The notes under the pieces were generated by a model. It was not told the DNA's origin, ran no database searches, and saw only the letters and a program-made list of their open reading frames with translations. This document shows, one piece after another, positions 32,149 to 41,263 of a stretch of DNA of 64,000 bases. How positions within the stretch are numbered: the stretch's first letter is position 1; each line of letters begins with the position of its first letter. The position numbers and the translations under genes were made by a program. Origin of the DNA: a virus; the IMG/VR virus record IMGVR_UViG_3300030104_004245, positions 1 through 64,000 of that record; one strand, 5' to 3'.

Positions 32149-32975
32149 ATTGGGTTATCTTTTAACCACATTATAAGACTTTGTACTTCATCTTTTAAAT
32201 ATGGTAAATTATACATTTTAATTTCTTTTATTATAGGTTCTCCTTGATCATTATATTTGTTTATTGGATATCCAAATTTATCATCTTTTTCTTTTTCAAA
32301 TATAACATGTTGAACTGTTAACTCTCCTATTTTAAGTTTAGGATTATGTTTTTTAATAACATAAGCATATAAACTTAATTGAAGATTATAATGTTTAAGA
32401 TTGCAATCATCTAAATGACTAACAGGATTATACATTTTTGATGTTATACCTTCCCAATTAGTAAATCCTTTTTGTTTTATTTCTTTGTTAGTTTTATAAT
32501 CAAGAATATTTATTTTACCATTTACTATTGTAACAAGATCAGCTTGTCCACATAATCCAGCAGATTTTAAATAAACAAAATGTTCTGGGTAAACTCCTTC
32601 AGATAACTTTTGTTCTGGTGCAATTTTTATTCCATTTTGATCTACTATAGGTTTTATTATTGGAACTTCTGTACCATCTCTTTCTATTGTAGAAAACTCT
32701 AATAATCTTTTTTCTCTTTCATCATGATACCAATTACCTAAACCTATAGCTCTTTGAGATTCACCATCCCAAGCAGCTAATATTTCTTTTGGTGTCATAC
32801 CATACCATTTAGATCTTTTATTTTTAGAAGATTTTTTAGCTTGTTTTTCTGCATCAAATTTAGGTTTAAACATTCCTACAAATGATGTTACACTTGTCCA
32901 TTTAATTTTATCTTTTTCAAGATCTTCATTAAGTGTTTCATATACGTGTCCGTCTGCTTTAAATATTACTGGCAT
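32142..32975 (-). CDS. PD-(D/E)xK exonuclease
   Basis: SVT, G..H, 'CGQADL...ILDYKTN', 'YNLQLSLYA'. Confidence 0.8.
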   Translation of the reverse strand: MPVIFKADGHVYETLNEDLEKDKIKWTSVTSFVGMFKPKFDAEKQAKKSSKNKRSKWYGMTPKEILAAWDGESQRAIGLGNWYHDEREKRLLEFSTIERDGTEVPIIKPIVDQNGIKIAPEQKLSEGVYPEHFVYLKSAGLCGQADLVTIVNGKINILDYKTNKEIKQKGFTNWEGITSKMYNPVSHLDDCNLKHYNLQLSLYAYVIKKHNPKLKIGELTVQHVIFEKEKDDKFGYPINKYNDQGEPIIKEIKMYNLPYLKDEVQSLIMWLKDNPIC

Positions 32976-33294
32976 CTTTTTCTTCTTTTATTTGTTCTTT
33001 TAACATTTTTTCTGATGCAGGATCCATAACTGCTTTCCATTTTCCTTTAGGACAATCAGATGATAAAGCTCTTAATTTAAGACCTAAACTACAACCACAA
33101 TCAGCGCAGCAAGGTTGAGTTCCATTAACTGCACATTTTGATCCTACATTATCTAGTGCTGGACACATTGAGCATTCTTGCCATCTTAATTTTGCAATAG
33201 CTTCAACATCTTCATTTTTAAAAATTTTGTTTTTAACACCTTCAGCAATTTGTTTTACATTACCAAGTGCGCTTATTAATTTATTTATTCTCAT
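32959..33294 (-). CDS. Small Cys-rich (Zn-binding) protein
   Basis: CxxC...C...CCxxCGC...CPKGKW. Confidence 0.65.
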   Translation of the reverse strand: MRINKLISALGNVKQIAEGVKNKIFKNEDVEAIAKLRWQECSMCPALDNVGSKCAVNGTQPCCADCGCSLGLKLRALSSDCPKGKWKAVMDPASEKMLKEQIKEEKDASNI

Positions 33295-33640
33295 TTTTAA
33301 ATTTTTTCTTTTTACTTATTAAAGTATTTAACTTTTCTAACATTTTTTCCATTTTTTCTAATTTAGCTTTTACAGGTACATATTTATCATAATCTTTATA
33401 TTTCATTTTTTGAAGATTACCTGCTATATCTTTATTTTTTTTAATTGCTTTTTCTAGTTTAGTTTTTCTTAAACTAAAAGTACCTAAATTAGAAACAGAT
33501 ATTGAAGTATGTTCTAAATTAGATAATGTTTTTCTTACTTTTGCATAGTAAAATGTAACTAAATCATCTACAACATCTTTATGCACACCAACCTCTTCTG
33601 AAACAGATTTAAAAAAACTTTTATGATTCTTTGGTATCAA
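33281..33640 (-). CDS. IHF/HU-like DNA-binding protein
   Basis: 'VSEEVGVHKDVVDDLV...ISVSNLGTFSLR' HU-fold pattern. Confidence 0.65.
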   Translation of the reverse strand: MIPKNHKSFFKSVSEEVGVHKDVVDDLVTFYYAKVRKTLSNLEHTSISVSNLGTFSLRKTKLEKAIKKNKDIAGNLQKMKYKDYDKYVPVKAKLEKMEKMLEKLNTLISKKKKFKNENK

Positions 33641-33992
33641 CTCCTAAAATTTTATAATCCAATAAAATAGTACCTTCTGTTTGTATATTCATACTATCAT
33701 TTAAATATATAGTTTTTTTATTAGATCCATCTTTAATAATTAGTTTTTTCTTTTCTGCTTTTGCAATAGCATTTCTACAAGACTGAGAGCTTTTAAATAT
33801 ATTTTTTTTAGATATATACTCACAAAATTCTGTTAACTCTTTTCTTCCTTTTTTAGCTAATTCACATAAGCAATTTAAATCAGAATTACTTATTTGTATA
33901 TTATTTAAAAAGCAATAAGTAAGGATTTGGTATTTAATAACCTCATCCTTACTTGTTTTTACTCTTTTATCTACTTTATTAACTACAGCCAT
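33621..33992 (-). CDS. Winged-helix DNA-binding protein
   Basis: 'SSQSCRNAIAKAEKKKLIIKDG...IYLN' wHTH pattern. Confidence 0.5.
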   Translation of the reverse strand: MAVVNKVDKRVKTSKDEVIKYQILTYCFLNNIQISNSDLNCLCELAKKGRKELTEFCEYISKKNIFKSSQSCRNAIAKAEKKKLIIKDGSNKKTIYLNDSMNIQTEGTILLDYKILGVDTKES

Positions 33993-34606
33993 GTTTGTAA
34001 TAGTTTATCACTTTCTAGTAGTGTATATGTAAAATTATTATTCCATGTATCTCTAGCTTTTCTACAAATTTTCATAAATAGTTTCCAATCATCATTACTT
34101 GCTATTACTTGACAACCTGCAGACCATTTATCTACTTGTGTAGATTTTTTTCCAGCCCATTTAGTTGCTCTATGAATATTAATACCAAATAAACCTTCTT
34201 GCACAGAATCTTCATTTAAGTTATAATATCCATCACGGTTATTATCTCTGTAAACTTTAACAGGTTTTTGCTGACCTAATGCTTCATATCTACCTTGATG
34301 TTTTCTAATTTTATGACTACTTCTATACTGTCCAGGTTTTAATATAGCAACACCTTCCTTTCTCATTATGTTTTCAACCCAATGAGTTCCAGGATCTGTT
34401 GTACAATCAAAACAATGGAATTGCCATTCACCATCTACTTTATAAGACAAAGTGATCTTGTCATCAAATCGGTTTGTAACTTTACCTTTTGTATTTGAGT
34501 TTCTTATACCCACAATATTAAGGTTATAGTCACCTTTTTCAAACCATTTGTAATCAGTCATTTGCTTAATAGTTTGTTCTATTTGTTCACGTGTAACTTT
34601 TAACAT
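33983..34606 (-). CDS. Putative endolysin (YkuD/L,D-transpeptidase-like Cys peptidase)
   Basis: 'FGINIHRA...WSAGCQV' HxxxSxGC-type catalytic motif. Confidence 0.65.
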   Translation of the reverse strand: MLKVTREQIEQTIKQMTDYKWFEKGDYNLNIVGIRNSNTKGKVTNRFDDKITLSYKVDGEWQFHCFDCTTDPGTHWVENIMRKEGVAILKPGQYRSSHKIRKHQGRYEALGQQKPVKVYRDNNRDGYYNLNEDSVQEGLFGINIHRATKWAGKKSTQVDKWSAGCQVIASNDDWKLFMKICRKARDTWNNNFTYTLLESDKLLQTWL

Positions 34607-34608
34607 AA

Positions 34609-34959
34609 TTAAGTAGTTTTTTTAAGAGTTCTTTTTTTAGCTTCTAATTCCTCTTTGCTATCTTTTTTAATTTGCTCAGCTAAATTTCTAGCTCTAGTTT
34701 CTATTTCTGCTTTTTGAGCAGCATCAAATTCTTGTTTTGCAGCACTAGGTGCATCAGGAGGTCCAGCCATTGCATTTTGTACAAACATTTGAGCTTGTAA
34801 TCTTTCAGCACGTACTTTTTCAATATCTTTTAAAAGAGTTTCATACTCTAATTGAACTTTTAAAGAAGGAATATGATCATTATAATACTGAGTAATTTCT
34901 TCTCTCTTAGTTTCCAGTTCTTCTTTTGTAAGTTCTGGGTTTGGATTTTCATTTGCCAT
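34609..34959 (-). CDS. Hypothetical coiled-coil protein
   Basis: 116 aa ORF preceded by a promoter motif. Confidence 0.6.
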   Translation of the reverse strand: MANENPNPELTKEELETKREEITQYYNDHIPSLKVQLEYETLLKDIEKVRAERLQAQMFVQNAMAGPPDAPSAAKQEFDAAQKAEIETRARNLAEQIKKDSKEELEAKKRTLKKTT

Positions 34960-34987
34960 TTTATAAATTTTTAAATTAATAACTAGG

Positions 34988-34995
34988 CAAATATA
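34988..34995 (-). promoter_or_regulatory. Bacteroidota-type -7 promoter element TATATTTG
   Basis: Matches TAnnTTTG in an intergenic gap. Confidence 0.6.
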
Positions 34996-35038
34996 TATAA
35001 AAAAAGTTTAAATAAAAAAAGTTTAATGAAAAAATTAA

Positions 35039-35386
35039 TTATACATCAAATGATCTTACTATTTCATAGTTAAGAAAACTTGCTGCAGTATGTCCAGTAT
35101 CTGTTGATAATCTTAGTTCAAAAGTACCATCATATGAAAAAGGTGTTTTATCAAATATATCAGCACTATAATTTACTCCCATTCTAAACCATGCTCCAGT
35201 ACCTCCTAAAATATAAAAATCATTAGTTCCGTTTGTTAACCATAATCTTAATCTAATAGAACTGTTATCAGTATTATTAATTACTAAAGACTTTACATCA
35301 AGTTTTGTTGTTGAAGTATAGGTATTTCTAACTGGTCCTATTACGTTTGTTGCTCCTCCTGTATGATTAGTCTCTATTGTTTTCAT
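35039..35386 (-). CDS. Hypothetical beta-rich protein (tail fibre-associated)
   Basis: 115 aa, downstream of the tail fibre genes. Confidence 0.55.
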   Translation of the reverse strand: MKTIETNHTGGATNVIGPVRNTYTSTTKLDVKSLVINNTDNSSIRLRLWLTNGTNDFYILGGTGAWFRMGVNYSADIFDKTPFSYDGTFELRLSTDTGHTAASFLNYEIVRSFDV

Positions 35387-35392
35387 TTCTTA

Positions 35393-35863
35393 TTATGTTA
35401 AAATTTGTGTTCCTGTATATGTTACTGGAGCTTTACCAGTAATATCTGTAACAGTCCATATTAATACTGCAGTTCCTTTTTTTTGTCCCTTTTGTGGAGG
35501 CATTAATCTTACTTGTACGTCTAAAGAAACTCCTACTGCTATAGTAACTGTAAGACGTGGTATATTATTTCTATTAGTTGCTATATCTGCTATGTTAGTT
35601 GAAATCTTACCATTATTAACAGTAATATTTGTAGCATTGGCATCTATTCTTCCTTTTTCTTCAGTTCCAGAAAATTGTCTTAATGCATCAATATCATTTG
35701 AAATATTTTGTATTTGATATGCTAATGCTGCTAATTCCGGATGTGAATCTTTCATTTCTGAAAGTGTATTAAGATGACCCTCATCATAAAGAGCTTTTAG
35801 TTCATCTTTATCTGATCCTGTCATAGAGTGTATTGTTCCTGTTTCTTTTGCTGTTAATGCCAT
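35393..35863 (-). CDS. Tail fibre-associated coiled-coil protein
   Basis: Heptads NATNITVNNGKISTNIADIATN. Confidence 0.55.
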   Translation of the reverse strand: MALTAKETGTIHSMTGSDKDELKALYDEGHLNTLSEMKDSHPELAALAYQIQNISNDIDALRQFSGTEEKGRIDANATNITVNNGKISTNIADIATNRNNIPRLTVTIAVGVSLDVQVRLMPPQKGQKKGTAVLIWTVTDITGKAPVTYTGTQILT

Positions 35864-35867
35864 AATA

Positions 35868-38354
35868 TTAATCTGTTAAAGTTACTGATAAGTTTGCACG
35901 TCCATATATTTGCGTTCTTATATTTCCTGATCCACTTGTTTGTCTCATGTAAAAAGTTAATGCATCTCCTACATCTAAAGTTCTATTAGCTGTTGTACCA
36001 TTAAATGTAAAAGTTTTTTTGTATGGAACATTTTCATTATAAGTTGCAGAAGCTATATTAGTTGCAGTTACTGCTGTTAAAGTTACTGCTGTTGTTGTTC
36101 CATCTCTTAAAGTATGTTTTGTAAAACCAAACTCTTGATCAGCAGTTGTAGGTGTATAAGTAGAAGAAGCCCAATACCAAGAAAATAAAAGTGAATCTAA
36201 TAAAACCTTTTCTGTGGCTACAAAACATGGCATTCTAGCTGAGTATTGATCATAACTTGTACTTAATGTAGTATTAGGAGCAACTCCACTTCCAAAAATA
36301 GAAAGAGTAGATGTACTACTTGTAGCCCAACTACTAGCATTCCATAAATAGAATTGATAAGAGTAAGGACTTTCTATAGAAATTATTTGTTTATAACCTT
36401 TAGATTGTAAAGCAAAGGTTCCGCTTTCTTCTGGTAAAACTATTGCTTTATCAGCACTTACAACATCTGGAACTTTAACTGTAATACTATGAGAACTATC
36501 TTCATCTTTAAATACTAAATTAGCTCCACCACTTCCATTATTTCCATATAATGTTGTAATACCAAGTTGTATTTTAGACATAGGGGTAGCACCATCCTTA
36601 AAATCAACATCTCCACCATCAGCATTTATTTCTATATCACCGGCAGAATCTAGTATAATAGCTGGTGCGGTTATTGCTACTTCAACTGGAGAAGAAATTT
36701 CAAGTTCTCCAACAGTACCTGGAAAAAGAGATGCAGGAGTATTTCCACCTTTTCTTAAGTCTATACGTCCATTAAAAGCATCTAAATCTATAGGACCTGC
36801 AGAATCAATTGTAATTCTACCATTAGCACCTCCATGATCATTATTCTTCATTATAACTGTTCCGTCAACTCCATGATCTATTCTAAAAAAGTTTCTACTA
36901 TTATCTAGATTCTTCATAAAGAATACATTATCAGTAACTATACCATTAGGATTAGCAAAAAAACTAAGCATTTCTGTCAAACTTCCAACAGAACTTCCTC
37001 CTCCAGGATTAGGAGCCTTATGACCCATAAACGTATAATATCCACCAACTCTTGCTCCTGTACCACTACCACTACTAAACTGCATTCTTCCTGCTCTTAT
37101 ATCTGTACCAGCACCACTATTACCATTTGTTAGAAAATAATCTGTTCCCCTATTTCCAGTAGATTTATTTGGAGATGAAAGATTACAACCTATTGCAACT
37201 GTATCTCCTATTACTGCTGTACCAATTGTACCAGAAATTGAATATTTAAAAGTAGCTTCATCAGTAACTGGACTTGTACCACTTCCTGTAAGTACACTAT
37301 TAGAACCTAAAGTATTTTTTCCTGTACCTCCGTTAGTTACTGGTAAAATACCTGTAACACCATGAGTATTATTAGCTGTACCATCAAAACTTACAGCAGA
37401 TGTACTAGCTAAATCTGTTTGAAAATCTCTTGCTGTAGCTAAAGCTGTTGCTGTAGCAGATGTACCAGAATATCCTGCTGAAGTTATACATCCTAAAGAT
37501 GTACCATGATCTTTAAAGCATATATTACCTGTATCAGCATCTAAAGTTATATCTCCATCTGCATCTAATGTAATATGACCAGTCATTGCAGTATGATCAT
37601 GACTACTTATTGTAAATGCTCCTGTATTAGACATTGCTAATTTAGCATAATCAGCAGTACCACTAGCAATAGTATGTCCAGGACCATATAAAGTAAATGA
37701 AGATTCAGTAGTGGCAAGTTGTTGTAATGTAGCTAGATCAAATATATTTTGTGCCGTAACACCACTGGCTCCTAGTACATTTGAACTTTTAAAAGTAAAT
37801 TTTCCAGGAGTACCTGTTCCAGTACCTAAACCTGCTCTAAAATCAATATCCCCTCCAGCTACATCAGTACCTGCTCCATTACCGCCTATTAAAGTTAATT
37901 CACCTCCAGCTCCAGTTGTATTAGCTGATCTTTCTATTTCCACCCTGCTAGATGATGCATTAGTGCCTAATGTTAAGGTACTACCTGAAAATCTAAGTCT
38001 TCCTTCAGCAGTTAATGTACCATTACCGTTTGATGTTAAAACTTTATCTGCAGCATCACCAGTAATAATTTCTGTAATATCTAATTCTATTGTATCTGCA
38101 GCACTACCATCCCATGTAGATCCTCCAGAAGTAAGATCTAAACCAGTTCCTACAGTTAATGCATAAGGTGTAGCAACGCCATTAGGTACCCAACTTAATG
38201 CACCACTTCCGTTAGTTTGTAATACTTCTCCAGCATTTCCATCAGTAGTTGGAAGAGTTAAAGTGTAACTATAAGCATAGGGATCTGGTGGTTTAATAAG
38301 AACCCCACCAATTAATAGATCATCAAAATATTGATGTTTTCCTAACCATCTCAT
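35868..38354 (-). CDS. Tail fibre / receptor-binding protein
   Basis: 828 aa, G/T/S-rich; fibre motifs 'YTLTLPTTDGNAGEVLQTNGSGALSW', 'GILPVTNGGTG', repeated ITLDADGDI. Confidence 0.8.
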   Translation of the reverse strand: MRWLGKHQYFDDLLIGGVLIKPPDPYAYSYTLTLPTTDGNAGEVLQTNGSGALSWVPNGVATPYALTVGTGLDLTSGGSTWDGSAADTIELDITEIITGDAADKVLTSNGNGTLTAEGRLRFSGSTLTLGTNASSSRVEIERSANTTGAGGELTLIGGNGAGTDVAGGDIDFRAGLGTGTGTPGKFTFKSSNVLGASGVTAQNIFDLATLQQLATTESSFTLYGPGHTIASGTADYAKLAMSNTGAFTISSHDHTAMTGHITLDADGDITLDADTGNICFKDHGTSLGCITSAGYSGTSATATALATARDFQTDLASTSAVSFDGTANNTHGVTGILPVTNGGTGKNTLGSNSVLTGSGTSPVTDEATFKYSISGTIGTAVIGDTVAIGCNLSSPNKSTGNRGTDYFLTNGNSGAGTDIRAGRMQFSSGSGTGARVGGYYTFMGHKAPNPGGGSSVGSLTEMLSFFANPNGIVTDNVFFMKNLDNSRNFFRIDHGVDGTVIMKNNDHGGANGRITIDSAGPIDLDAFNGRIDLRKGGNTPASLFPGTVGELEISSPVEVAITAPAIILDSAGDIEINADGGDVDFKDGATPMSKIQLGITTLYGNNGSGGANLVFKDEDSSHSITVKVPDVVSADKAIVLPEESGTFALQSKGYKQIISIESPYSYQFYLWNASSWATSSTSTLSIFGSGVAPNTTLSTSYDQYSARMPCFVATEKVLLDSLLFSWYWASSTYTPTTADQEFGFTKHTLRDGTTTAVTLTAVTATNIASATYNENVPYKKTFTFNGTTANRTLDVGDALTFYMRQTSGSGNIRTQIYGRANLSVTLTD

Positions 38355-38563
38355 TTTTTAGCAAATTTCTCAACGCCGCTAATTCCAAAGCAGCCAAGAA
38401 CTACCCAAACAAATGAATCATAAACAAATTCATTAATTACTAAGTCTTTACCTACCCAGCCTGTTACAAGATCAGCAACCATTATTAAACACATTATTAA
38501 AAAAGCTACAAAACCTATTATAGACTTTTCATTCCAATTGTTATTATCTTTAAATATATTCAT
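38351..38563 (-). CDS. Putative holin (2 TM)
   Basis: 70 aa with two hydrophobic segments and a basic C-terminus. Confidence 0.55.
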   Translation of the reverse strand: MNIFKDNNNWNEKSIIGFVAFLIMCLIMVADLVTGWVGKDLVINEFVYDSFVWVVLGCFGISGVEKFAKK

Positions 38564-38567
38564 GATG

Positions 38568-38575
38568 CAAATATA
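38568..38575 (-). promoter_or_regulatory. -7 promoter element TATATTTG (near-leaderless)
   Basis: 4 nt upstream of the ATG at 38563. Confidence 0.55.
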
Positions 38576-38598
38576 ATATAAATTATCTAGTTAGCAAA

Positions 38599-38898
38599 TT
38601 ATAAAACATTATTAGGACCTATTTGCATTCCATAAGGACAGCCGCAACCTTGAACAGAACCTCCATGCCCTTTTTTATACTTGCTAACTCTACCTTTTGT
38701 TTTCTTTTCTTTTTTAGCAGCAGCTTTTTCTGAGTCACTTAATTCACTCCACGTAGAAGGAGTATCTTTACTTACTTTTTTTGTAGGTCTAAATGTAGTA
38801 TCTCCACCACTATAATCTTTATCACCAGATGGTGTTCTCCAATCCTCTTTAAACCAACGTCTAAGAGCAGCTCCTTTTGCAGATTTACGTACAGCCAT
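38599..38898 (-). CDS. Small basic protein (LRRWFKEDW / RPTKKVSKDTP, DUF5872-like)
   Basis: 99 aa; motif recalled from small marine phage proteins. Confidence 0.6.
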   Translation of the reverse strand: MAVRKSAKGAALRRWFKEDWRTPSGDKDYSGGDTTFRPTKKVSKDTPSTWSELSDSEKAAAKKEKKTKGRVSKYKKGHGGSVQGCGCPYGMQIGPNNVL

Positions 38899-39077
38899 TA
38901 TTTTTTCTTTTTATTACCCCAGTTAGCAGCACCAACTTTACGGCATTTAGCTAAGGCACCACTAGCATATGCAGATGGCCAAACACTATATCTAGATTTT
39001 ACTTTACTATAGCATGCATCTTTAGTTGCACCACCTTTCTTTTTTTTATCTTTTAAAACTTTTTTAAGTACACTCAT
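38898..39077 (-). CDS. Small basic protein (WPSAYASGAL motif)
   Basis: ~59 aa from MSVLKK; 'KDACYSKVKSRYSVWPSAYASGALAKCRK'. Confidence 0.6.
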   Translation of the reverse strand: MSVLKKVLKDKKKKGGATKDACYSKVKSRYSVWPSAYASGALAKCRKVGAANWGNKKKK

Positions 39078-39079
39078 AA

Positions 39080-39394
39080 TTAACAATTCCACTTTTTTAG
39101 AGATAGACTTAATCTGTCTTTCCCTGTGTTATTACTAGGTTTTTGTCTTTTTCTCATACCGCGCATTCTAGCACAAAATGATTTTTTTCTTTTTTTCTTT
39201 TTACCTTTAGGGTTTTTTTCAGTTACAGGAGGTTTTAAATTATCTCCTTGTTTTTTTGCAGATGCCCTGCCTTTAGCATTTAATCCACCAGAAGGACTTT
39301 GACCTTCTTTACGTTGCCATGCAGGAGTAGATCCTCCTTTTTGGTACATACCTGGCACACGCATGCCTCTATCATTATAAACTGGATTCATCAT
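39080..39394 (-). CDS. Small basic protein (DUF6321-like, GGLNAKGR...SFCARM)
   Basis: 104 aa; 'TPAWQRKEG..PSGGLNAKGRAS...RKKSFCARM...LKKWNC'. Confidence 0.65.
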   Translation of the reverse strand: MMNPVYNDRGMRVPGMYQKGGSTPAWQRKEGQSPSGGLNAKGRASAKKQGDNLKPPVTEKNPKGKKKKRKKSFCARMRGMRKRQKPSNNTGKDRLSLSLKKWNC

Positions 39395-39627
39395 TTCTTT
39401 TTCTTTTTAGGTTTATCATGCCCCCAACCTTTAGCACTTAAATCTAAATGTTCTTGGCAAGATTTTGTCATTTTACTTTTACCAGTTTTAGAATCATACA
39501 TCATATGATTTTTATAACCTTCACAATTTACTTTATTTGCTATTTTTCTTTTTTCTCCTCCTTTTTGATATTTTTTAGAACCACCCTTACCATAGGTCAT
39601 TCCAGCTTTTTTCATGTTATTTGGCAT
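39391..39627 (-). CDS. Small basic protein with two YxKGG motifs
   Basis: 78 aa; 'HMMYDSKTG...HLDLSAKGWGH'. Confidence 0.6.
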   Translation of the reverse strand: MPNNMKKAGMTYGKGGSKKYQKGGEKRKIANKVNCEGYKNHMMYDSKTGKSKMTKSCQEHLDLSAKGWGHDKPKKKKK

Positions 39628-39645
39628 AATTTTAAATTTTAATTG

Positions 39646-40026
39646 TTAAAAACTTTTACGTTTACCTCCATCATATTTAACGGCATGACCTTCTTTTACG
39701 AGACAGTCATTTACGCAAACTTGAGTGAGTGTTTCTTTCCCAGCTAGTTTGTTTATATGTAATCTACCAATAACTCTACCAAATTTACCAAGCTCTGTAG
39801 ATTCTAATTCAAAACAGTTAGCAGCTCCTTCCATTAATTCTTTTAATCTTTCTTTTGCAGCCAACCCTAATTTCTTTTCAACTTTATTTCTTGTTCTAGA
39901 CTCAGGAGCGTTAATACCTCCTAGTCTTATTCTTTTAGTAACCTTAATATCAAAACCAAGATCTATTTCTGCATCAATAGTGTCACCATCCACTACTCTG
40001 ATACATGTTGCATTATAATTATACAT
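39646..40026 (-). CDS. Thermonuclease (SNase-like)
   Basis: 'RVVDGDTI', 'IRLGGINAPE', 'GKFGRVIG'. Confidence 0.85.
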   Translation of the reverse strand: MYNYNATCIRVVDGDTIDAEIDLGFDIKVTKRIRLGGINAPESRTRNKVEKKLGLAAKERLKELMEGAANCFELESTELGKFGRVIGRLHINKLAGKETLTQVCVNDCLVKEGHAVKYDGGKRKSF

Positions 40027-40330
40027 TCTTCAATTCTTTATTTTTTAACTTTAGCAACTCTGCACACTTTTCATAATCTTCATGATATTCAAAATGATCT
40101 ATCATATCATCATAAAGATCTTCATCAGGCTCTTCACCTGGATCATGCATAAGCATTGCCTTCATTCCAAATTGTGATTTTTTTTCCATCAACACATCCA
40201 TTGTTGTTTTTTTTGTAATTATAAGGTACGAGTTCTCAAACGCTCTATCAAGCAACATCTGCTCAACCTCATATTTTTCTGTTTCACTCATTTCCGGGAG
40301 GAAATCATCTGGATCCTGATCTTTAGACAT
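40019..40330 (-). CDS. Acidic protein with C-terminal UVR-like motif
   Basis: 'HFEYHEDYEKCAELLKLK'. Confidence 0.55.
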   Translation of the reverse strand: MSKDQDPDDFLPEMSETEKYEVEQMLLDRAFENSYLIITKKTTMDVLMEKKSQFGMKAMLMHDPGEEPDEDLYDDMIDHFEYHEDYEKCAELLKLKNKELKNV

Positions 40331-40370
40331 AGTTTATTTTTTTAAGGTTGCTAATATAATGAAAAAAAAT

Positions 40371-40441
40371 TGAAGAAGTAGAGACTTGTTAGTTATATAA
40401 CTAGATTGGGCCCGCCCTAACAGAGGTCTCTATAATCTTCA
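40371..40441 (-). terminator. Long hairpin / terminator after 40449-40928
   Basis: Nested TGAAGA/TCTTCA, TAGAGAC/GTCTCTA and TGTTAG/CTAACA stems followed by a T-tract on the minus strand. Confidence 0.5.
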
Positions 40442-40448
40442 AAAAATG

Positions 40449-40928
40449 TTACGGAGTAAGATCGTTGCCAGCCTCATCATTAAGAGCTCTTCTGTCAACG
40501 TTAATACTAGCACATGCTGAAATACTTGACGAAAGGAACTCACCAGCACCTTGCGAATCTGCAACCGTAATAAAGCCACTTGCATCAGCAGATCTTTTCC
40601 ATGCAGGATCATCTCCGCTAAAACCAGAGTTAATTGCATTTACAATCTCTTTAAATACTGCAGGGCCTAAACCCGAAGCAACAGTTAAAACAACTTCAAT
40701 GTTACCTGAAGTCTGTATAACTGGATCAGTAGCACCAATAGCTCCGGCTGTCAATGTTTTCTTTTGGGCCAGATGTCTAATAACGCTCCCGTCAAATATT
40801 AAACTAAGTGATAAAGCTGTTTTCTTACGCATAGCTAATAACTTATCTGCACGAACACAGATACTGTTATCATTAGCCACCCTAAAGAATAGATACTTAT
40901 CACTAGTTCCATAATTTATGTTTGCCAT
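40449..40928 (-). CDS. Hypothetical protein (paralog of 21599-21952)
   Basis: 159 aa; first gene of the minus-strand block. Confidence 0.65.
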   Translation of the reverse strand: MANINYGTSDKYLFFRVANDNSICVRADKLLAMRKKTALSLSLIFDGSVIRHLAQKKTLTAGAIGATDPVIQTSGNIEVVLTVASGLGPAVFKEIVNAINSGFSGDDPAWKRSADASGFITVADSQGAGEFLSSSISACASINVDRRALNDEAGNDLTP

Positions 40929-41263
40929 GATTAAAAATTTTAAAGTTAATAAATATTTATATACTTGTTGTTTTTTAAATATACGCCCCCGTCAATTATC
41001 TACGATGTTATAAAAAACCCAATCACACACAATATCAAGGTTAATATATTATTTCAAAGGGCAGCACAAACCTTTTTGTAAAGGATGGGTATGCCCCAAA
41101 AACTCTTTCTATATATATAATATAATAAAAAATTGTCCCATATAAAAACAAAAGTTGTGTGTTTTGCATTCTGAGTGGGTCCCTCTGTGCTACTCCCCTA
41201 CTTAAATTCGGTGGGCATGGTGCCCCCATAATTAAATATTTATAAATTAAAATCTTAAAACAA

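Noticed and set aside
35868-38354. Diversity-generating retroelement or invertible tail-fibre cassette
   Set aside because: No reverse transcriptase or recombinase in the window and no template/variable repeat pair noticed.
4317-40914. Short plus-strand and alternate-frame ORFs within the structural module (e.g. 4317, 6850, 25158, 37711, 40465)
   Set aside because: Antisense or shadow frames of well-supported genes; their composition mirrors the sense-strand codons.
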